Assembly: GCA_040756875.1 (NCBI GenBank)
Contig: JBFLYH010000002.1
Location: forward strand, 62,426 to 126,425
Source: a candidate division FCPU426 bacterium
GTDB taxonomy: Bacteria > Oederibacteriota > JAAXVQ01 > JAUVAV01
Reading direction: 5' to 3'
DNA: 64,000 bases
Of the stretch, positions 24,401 through 33,400 are shown piece by piece. Positions within the stretch are counted from its first letter, which is position 1, and every line of letters begins with the position of its first letter. The translations under genes were made by a program, and so were the position numbers. The notes under the pieces are model-generated. The model did not search any database. It saw only the letters and a program-made list of their open reading frames with translations, and was not told the DNA's origin.

Positions 24401-27400
24401 ATCGTCGGGATGCAAATCCGGATGCAGGGCGCGGGCCTGCTGCCTGAACGCGGACTTGATCTCCTCGGCCGGCGCGTCGGACCCCTGCTCCAGGCGGCGG
24501 TAATAATCCTTGGCCTGCAATTCGGCCACGCGGTCCGGAACTTCGAGCCCGGCTGCCGCGATCAACGCTTCGTTCGTGAAACCCGTGACCTCGAGCACCG
24601 CTTCCACGGCCGCCTCATGCGAAAGCCCCAGGGTCTCCAGCGCCTCGTGCAAAATCACGGCCGCAGCTTCCCGGGTCGTCAGGCGGTTGAATGCTTCCTG
24701 CGTGAGATAGACGCCGCCCAGCAGGTGGAACGCGCCGACCCGCGCCAGGTCCGCGTCCGTATCCACGCCGGCCGGCGCCTGGTTGCGCTCCAGCAGGTTG
24801 ATCGAAAGGGTCCGTGCGTTCAGCCGCCGGTTTTGCACCGGCGCCGTACGCACGCTGAACAGGCGCTCCGCGTGGGCGAGGTAAGCGGCCAGTTGCTCCC
24901 GCACCGGCGCGGCGCGGCGGGATTCCGCGTCCTCGAGGGAACGGCTGGCCAGCGCCTGCCGGGTCCACAGCGCCCGTACGACATCCGCAATCTTCTCGGG
25001 CGCGGCCTGGGCCAGGGCGAGCAAGGCTTGCCCGGGCTGCAGCAGCCAGCCGGCGGCCGCAGCCGCGTTGCGCAGGGCGCGGTCCAAAACCGCCTCACCC
25101 GCAACACCGGTCAAAACGCCGGCGAGTACGCCCTCGCCCTGTCGTCCGAGTCCGGCTGTCCGCGAAACGGCAGTACGAAGGCCGGATCCAGGCAGGCGCA
25201 AGCTTGCCAAGGCTTGCAGCACCGCTTCGCCGGCCAGGCGCAGCAGCGCTCGGATCTGCGTTCCATAAGCATAGAGTTCGCCGGCCAGGCGGCCCGAAGG
25301 CGCGCGGCCTTGTTTTTCCCTGGCCAGGTCCTGCGTCCGGTGCGCCTGTTCATGGATCAAGATCAGGCGCTGCAGCAGCGCGGGCAGATACGAAATGCGC
25401 GCCAGGTCGGCCACCAGTTTGCCTGCGATTTCTTTGGGCGAAATGCTGCGGTCAGCATAGGCGGCAATCTCGCCGGGGCGCATTTCCTTTGACAGGCCGC
25501 GCGCATCCACGACATCCGCTGCCAGCCATTCCGGAATCAGGCGCTGCCGTTGCGCCTCAGTCAGGGCGGCCTCGCCGGCCAGGCCGCGCGTACGCGCGAT
25601 CATAACGCCCATCACTGCAAACGGCACTCCGACGAGCGGCGTCAGCACGCTGCCCACGAGCCCGAAAACCAGGGCCGCCGTTCCGAATCCAAGCCCCAGG
25701 GAGAGCAAACCGGTCAAACCGCCAAAGCCCAACCCCAACGCGACGGCCGAGAGGCCCGTGCCCAGGAAGGAAATGAAGCTGGTGATGAACGCGCCCAGCG
25801 CAGTGAGATAGCGCGGCGCCGTGCTGACCACGATTTCCCTGGGCGCCTGCTTGGCAACCTCGGCATCCAGGGCCGCCTGCAAGGCGGGCAGACCGGTCTG
25901 GCTGACCAGTTTCCGGACTTTTGCGTATTCCGTTTCATTTAGAAAATGGAACGAGAGGTAGTCTCCTATGATTTGTCGGCCCATTTCAGGGTTAAGGGTT
26001 TTAAGCAGCTCAACCAACGACTGTTCGGCGTACAGGCTGCTTTTCCCGGAATTGACCGCGCTGTACAGCAGCTTAAACCCCAATTCAGCCAGGGTCTGAT
26101 ACTCCCCCTGGGTTTGAAGATACTGATACACGTGGTGCCGCACAACTTCCTGACCAACCGCATCCAGAACAAGGTTCTGCAGCCGCCCGGCGTATGAGCT
26201 CATATAGACGTGGTTATTTTTGGACGCCTTGAAAACAGCGGCCCGGTTGGCGGGCAGGAGCATTTCTTGATAGAAGCGCTCGTCGCCGAAGTATTGCTTC
26301 ATTGCGCCTATATAATCGAACCCACCCCAATAGGTCAGCTGTTGCAGCACAGCGGCCATCTCCGAAAAGCTTTTCCTGCCGTGGGTCGCGAACATTTTTT
26401 TCAGTCGATCGGAGGCGCCCGTCTGCAGGCCGCCGTAGGAACCCTCCCTTTGCTGCGTCAGCAGCCAACGGTCAAGCAGAGCCGCGGTCTGTTCAACCGC
26501 GCCCGGGGTTTTTAACAGAGCGGCAAGCCGTTGCTCCTGAGCGGTTACCTCAGAGGAGCTGAAAGGTTTGACTTCCTGCCTCCGTTGCATAATGTCGGCC
26601 GTGGTTTCGGCTTTCTGAGCCGCCAGCGAATGGGCCTGCACCCAGGCTTGGGCTTTCGCAAAAGCGTCCGCCCCCTGAAAACGCTCGGGTTCTCCCATGG
26701 CGCGGTAGGTGGCCAGCTGTACCTGCCATTCAGGGCCGCTTTCACCCTGAACCACGGCCAGCAGATGAATCGGCGGATTTCTCGGGTTGGAAAGCAACCG
26801 GAAAAACTGGTTTTGCAGCATGACCAGGGCCGCTTGGGGATCCTGTCTGGCCACTTCCAAGGAGAACCCCAGCTGGAGGCCTAATAGCGACTCATGCTTC
26901 GCTTCCAGCGCCTTCGTAAATCCTTGATAGAATCCATGCGCCGCCCGCAGCCAGTCAACCATGCGTCCGGTTTCCGCCGGGGTGGTTCCTGTCAGCCAGG
27001 CAAACGCCTCGGGATGGGTTTTCGCCGCATCGGCCAACACGGCATAATGCTTCACGGCGATCAAAGCGGCGCGGCGGTCCGGCCGCCAATCCGTCTCGCC
27101 GCTTACACGTTCTAAATAGTCCCAATCCACGGATCCCAGATCCAGGCCTTGCCCGGAAATCCGTTCTTGATTGCGGGCCTGCACCCACGCTTTGAAAGCC
27201 GCGTCGCTGAGCGTGCCGTCCGCCGCCAGGGAAACCGGCGTTTTGCGGCCGTTGACAAAAATATAATCGCCCGTCTTGTCCCGCACCACGAACAAGGCGG
27301 CCATGAATTTCAATTTCTGCTGCAGGCCTTCATTCAAGCCGTCCCAGAGGACGTTCCCTCGTGAAATGACGTGCACAAATGCCGTATAAGTCTCGGCAAA

Positions 27401-30400
27401 GCTCTCTTTCAGGGGGTCGCCCACGCGCAAGGCGTTGACCTTGGCGTCAAAAGCATAGCGGGAGAAAAAATACCGGCGTTCGGAAAAGCGTTTATGCAGT
27501 TGCAGCCACTCTTCGGTCAAGCGGGCCGAAAGCAGGCGGTGGATAAAATGCGCCAATTCATGGGTGGGGGTTTCGCTCAGCACGCTCACATTTTCAAAAT
27601 ATTTTTGCGGATCCGCCTCCGGGTTCAGGAAAGATCCTCTGCTGCCGGCCTGGCCTTGGCCGAGATCAATGGTCTGTCCGTACTGCCAGCCGGCGATATT
27701 TTCCCCCGCCGAATCCGGGAGCGCGCCGATGACCTGTAGGCCGTCAAGATGATTGCTTGGCAGCCCCAGGTAGGTTTCGTAAATTTGCCTGAGCCCATCC
27801 TGGGAATACCCGCCAATGAAACTGATCCAATTGCCGCGGATGTGCAACAACCAATGTTTATGACCGGTGCCCATGAAATCTTCGTCCGCCAAGAAGCAAT
27901 TCGTGGCCGGGCGCTGGTTTTGCAGCACGGTTTGAATGCGCTGTTTGTACAGGGTTGCGTAAACCGCGCCGGCATCGGCGTCGTAGTTTTCAAATTCAGA
28001 AAGGAGCTCGTTGGCCATCCACTGCAGCTGTTGGTTGTCGCCCGCGGTTGCGCCGCCCAGCCGGTCCACCATTGTGTTCAAAAAAGCGGGAAAATCCCGC
28101 AGCTGTTCCTCGCCGATCAGCAGCAGGCCTGCGCGTTCCTTTGGCACGCCGCGGAAATCCAGCATATTCCCTTGGCCTTCCGCGGAAGACAGCACACGGA
28201 CAAATTTAAAGTACCGGGCCAAACGGTCGGGCAAAAGTTCAAACATCAGTTCCAGCTTGGTCTGGATGTCCGCGTCCTGAGCGGCAGCCCCGGCCACCAT
28301 AATTTTGTATTTATCGAACATACGCTGTTGAAAAGCGTTCATTCTCAGGCTTTGCGCAAGCTCGACGTTGAGCGGGACGTTTTCAGCCAGCGTCTTTTGC
28401 ATCAGCTCCCGGATGATTTCGCTACTCGTGGCGCCTTGTCCGTTGGGCGTCATCCAGCGGAGAATCATTTGCATTTCGTTTTGATTCAAGTTCTGCTGCT
28501 CCGCCCGATAGCGCAGGGCCGTACCAACGCCTAAACCGTCGCGCACCGAAACAACGATCTTGGGGGCGCCCGCCAAAGCAATCCAAACGCCCAGGGCCAG
28601 CAGCAATACCATTCGTACGCCCGGGTTGGCCAGCACCGGTTTGAACACCCGGCTGAGCACAGCCAGCGGCCGCTCCAGGACAATCCCCGCCATGGCCAAA
28701 GTGTCCAGCAGATGCGCCAGGATTTCGCCTGCCCATACGTTCCAGAGGCGATAGGCTCTGGAACCGGCCGGATGACGGTTGAGATCGACGCCCACAAGGT
28801 ATAAAAGATTTTGCGCCCAGCGGTGGGCAAGCTGTTCATGCGCCCGGATGATGGGATTCGTTTCTTTCAGCCCTGCGCTCTGCAAGGACTGCACCCTGCC
28901 GGTGGCAGGATTATAGGTGGCAACCGGCGTGAAGAAAGAGCGTTTCTCCTTGGGGAGCCGGCCCCTGATCCGCACTACCAGCGCCAGCTTGGCAACGGCC
29001 ATGAGGAAAAACGGCAGGCTGAGAGCCAAAGCCCAGGGATGGGCGGCGGCAAAAATGACCAGAGCGGCATTCACCCCCAAAGCCGCCAGCGCACCCGGCA
29101 GATTCAGCGGCTGCAGGGTTTCGTCCGTGCCTTCCACCACCAGGCCCTGCTCCGTGTACGCCACGCGCAAGCCCACGGCGCCGAACACGGCCACCAGGCC
29201 CTGGGTGCCGCGCACCTCGGAATAATTCGTTTCCAGCACGTTGACCAGCCCGCTTAGGCGGTTGTGGTTCTCGTCCTGCCGTTCCTGCAGACGGTCGGCC
29301 GGTATCCGCTCCGCGGGAAGGCCGGCTTTGCCGGCCGTGCCTTCCACGTAGGGTTCGGTCAGGGCTTCGGCCTTGACCGCGGTCACCATCTTTTTCAGGT
29401 CGTCGGAGCGGTTCTTGGGCATCACCAGCACGACCTTGTCCTGCAGCACCACCACGTAATCCTCCAGGTTGCGCACGGTCACCGGCTCGCCGTCCGAAAA
29501 CACCACCGTGCGTTTGGCGCCCTCCAAAACGATCCGGTCCGTGCCCGGGCCGATGCGCTGATTGCCGTCCGCGTCCGCTTTCTCGGTCATGGCGTCCCAG
29601 GCGCCCTCGTCGTACCAGGGAAAATCGCCAACCACGGCCGTGCTGCCGAATTCGTGTTCGGGCTTGATCTGCTCGTTGATCACGAACGCCACGGCCACGG
29701 CGCCGGCTTTGGGGATCTGGTCGTACTCGCGCTTCAGCACCTCGGCCTCGGCCGGCGTGTCCACGGCCGTGGCGATGCGCTCCATGCGCTCCCACAGCTC
29801 GGGGGTGTACTTCTGGAAGGATTCGATGCCCGTGCGGTTGTGCACGGCGAACATGCCCGAGCTCCACAGGAACTCGCCGCTTTTCACGAACTGCTCGGCC
29901 ACGTCGCGTTTGGGCTTTTCGCGGAAGCCTTGGATCTCGCGGATCAGGGTGCCGAGTTTGGTCTTCGACCCCATTTGGATGTAGCCGTAGCCCGTGGAGG
30001 GGAACGTGGGCTGAATGCCGATCATGGCCCAGTCCTTGCGGTTCTGGGCGGCTTTGATCGCGGACAGGATCGCGGCCTGCAGCCGCTCTTCCTGCAAGAT
30101 GACGTGGTCCGAAGTGAGAAACACGGCCGTGAAGTCGTCGCCAAAGCGCTTCTTCCCCACCACCAGGCTCAGGGCCGTGGCCGGCGCGGTGTCCTTGTTC
30201 GACGGCTGGGCGATGATGTTGGCGCGGGGAAAATCCGCGGGCACGGAATCCATGACCTGCTGCACGAAATTTCCGCGGGCCGCAATCAGGATCCGGTCCT
30301 TGGGAATGCCCATGCGGACCACGCGGTCCATGGTCTTTTCCAGCATGGTCTTGCCGTCGCGCGAGAAGGAGCGGAACTGTTTGGGATTGATGCCCGTGGA

Positions 30401-33400
30401 CACGGGCCACAGCCGGGTGCCGCCGCCGCCGGCCATGATCACCACGTAGGCCCGGGAGACATCCGGTTCCTGCACGGCCTGGCGGTGGTAAACGCGCTCG
30501 CCGCTGGAGAGCTTTTTCACTTCCACGCCGGCGGTCTCGGGCGACTGCTCGGCCTCGGCCGAGGCGAGGAACTCCAGCACCCGCTGCGCGGTGCGTTCGG
30601 TCCAGTTCAGACGCCGCGCCAGGTTCGCCGGAGTCAGGGGCTCGCCGGCCAGGATGAGCTCGCGGGCCTGGACGGCGCGGCTCAGAAAGCGCTGGTAGAT
30701 CAGGTGCAGCGCGAACAGAGGCGTCAGGATCAGGATGACGGCGAACGCGCCCAGGGCCACGGTGCCCAGGGAGAGATGGCCCAGCACGGCCAGGGGCGCG
30801 AGCAGGGAGAGGACCATGGTGGTGAAGGTGATGAAGAGCATGCTCTGCGGCCGGCTCAGGTCGCGCACCCAGGCGCCCCAGCGGGGATGGTTGCGCAGTC
30901 TCATCACCCACTCCAGGGGCTGGGGCAGATCCATGCGCAGCATGAGCGTGCGCAGCACGAAAGGCAGGGTCAGCACGAACCCGCCGGCCAGGGTGATGCT
31001 GAGCGTGTAATAAAACACGCCCCACAGGGACATGGTGACCAGGCCCACGGTCAGCAGATAGGCCCCGGCCAGCAGGTAGAGGGCGATTTCCCAGGTCGTG
31101 AAGCGCTTGAATTCGCGGCGCACGGCCTGCCAGAAACCGGGCACAACCGGCGGTGCGAAGGATTTGATATGGATGCCGTCCGCATCCTGCTTGATCTCCA
31201 GGTGGTCGGCGTCCACTAGCACGGTCAGGCCCTGCCGGTTCACCACCTGCGAGCGGCTGGATTGGCCGAAGCGCCGGACCACGGCCTGCCCCTGCGTGCC
31301 GGCCTCGCGGGCCGACACGGCGCTGCGGGCGTAAGGAGCGGTCTCGGGATCCGCGGTCAGCAGGCCCAGCAGGCGCGGCAGGTCCTCGGCCCGCTCTTTG
31401 GGCATGACCAGCAGGATTTGGTTGGCCGCGACCACCACGTACCCCTGAAGGTTCTCCACCGAAACCGGAAGGCTGTCCGAGTACACCACGGTGTTCGTCG
31501 TGTTTTGCGTGCGGATCCTGAAATACGCCGGGCCCACGCGCTGCATGCCGCCCTTTTCCGTGGGCTGGGTCAGCAGGTTCCACTGGTTTTCCTCGTCCCA
31601 GGGAAACTCGGCGGGCACGGTCATCAGCCGCAATTCGTCCTGGTCGCCGATGGCTTCCAGCACCGCTTCGTCCACGGACAGGGGCCGGACGGCCTCCTCG
31701 GCGTACAGTTCGCGCAGGCGCTGGGGAGCGATCCCGTCCGCGCCCGTGGCCTCGGCCAGGCGGGCGGTTTCCGGCGCATAGGACGCGAAGGCCGCGCGGC
31801 CCACGCCCACGTCCACCACGAAGATGCCGGCGTTGACGGCCAGGTTTTCGCGGGCCAGCATTTCCTCCAGCACTTCGCGGTCCGGTTTCTCGACAAACCC
31901 TTCGGCCTTGAAAATGTTGGGGGCGAGCTTGCTCGGCTCGCTCTGCAGGAAATAGCCGTACTTGGTGAGGGGCGTCTTGACCGGCGCGGCGACGGTCATC
32001 CAATGCTTCCCGTTTTGCGCGCCCTTGACCGCCGTGCGCAGGGCGGTTTGGAAATGCTCTTCCTGCTCGGGGATCACCTGGTCCGTGGGCAGGAAGATCG
32101 CGGTGGCGTCCGCGCCGAAGCGGCGTTCCAGCCAGGCCAGGGCCCTGGCCATGGCCAGGCCCGTGCCCCGGGGCGCGGGCTCCAGGATGAGGTTTTGGTC
32201 GGCCGGAAATCCGGCCGGCAGCGCGGAGATGATGGCCGCGCGGTAGGCTTCGGGCGCGACCACGACCACGCGGTCCCAACTGATGCCCAGGCGCACCACG
32301 CGGGCGATGGTCTTGGCCAAGAGCGTCTCGCCGTCCCGGGAGAACGTCTGCAGCACCTCGGGCAGGTCCGCCTGGCTGGCGGGCCACAGCCCCGGCGCGC
32401 CGCGGCCGCCGATGGGGATCACCACGCAGGCCCGCGACAGATCGGTTTCCTTGACTTGCAGAGGTTTAAGCACGCGCTCGCGCGAGGCGTTCCAGGCGTC
32501 GGTAACGCCGGCCAGCCGGCCGCGCTCCGATTCCACGGAACTCAGGTAATCCATGATGTCTTCCGCGATTTCCGGCGCGCAGCCCAGGCGCTGCTGAATC
32601 TGGCCGCGCGTCAGTTCCTCGCCGGCCAGGACCCAGGCGTGAACCTGCCTGAGCTGGCGTTCGCGCCGGCGCTGGGCCGGTGACCACAGGGCTGCGGGCA
32701 GGGCCGCGAAGTCCAGCACGTGCGCTAAAATCTCGCTCACGATCACCACCGCGGCCAGATGCTGCCAGGTGCCGGGCCGGTAATCGCGCACTTTCAGGCC
32801 CAGGATCGACAGGCCGGCCAGGACCCAACGGTGCGCATATTGCTCATGCGCGCGCACCAATAAGCCGGCGTTGACCAGCACCCGGCCGTTCGCGTCCTTG
32901 ATCTTACCCGAACGCGGATCGAAAGTGGCCACGGGCGTCCACCAGGTGCGGCGGGCCTTGGGCAACTGGCGCCATGCCCGGAAAGTATGCACGGCTTTAG
33001 GCAGGGCCAGGGCCAGGTACGGCGCGGCCAGCACCAGTAGCAGCGGATGCGCCAAGCCCAGGGCGAACATGGGCAGGGCCAGGGCCAGGAGGTTGATGAC
33101 CACGCCGGCCAGGTTCAAGGGTTGCAGGGCGCGCAGCGATTCGTACGCCAGGCCGAGTTCCAGCGGACGGGCGAGCAGGCGGACCACGCTTTTGCGCAGC
33201 AGGAACCCAAACGACGGCGTGCGCGCCTGTTCCTCCAGCCACGGATCGAGCCGCAACGCGGCCTCGGGGGCGGCCGGGGGCCGGGGCAGCCGCTCGCGGC
33301 CCAGCCACAAAGCCGTGCTGCTGCTCGCCACCAGCGCGGAAATGGGGCTGGCGAGCAGCGCGGTGCGCACGAGATCGCCGCTGATCAGGACTTTCGGCCT

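Noticed and set aside
4836-32387. Minus-strand ORFs 4836-7658 (940 aa) and 28911-32387 (1158 aa)
   Set aside because: Alternative frames rich in R/P/G/A that overlap clear GT35 and ManC domains in the true frame.
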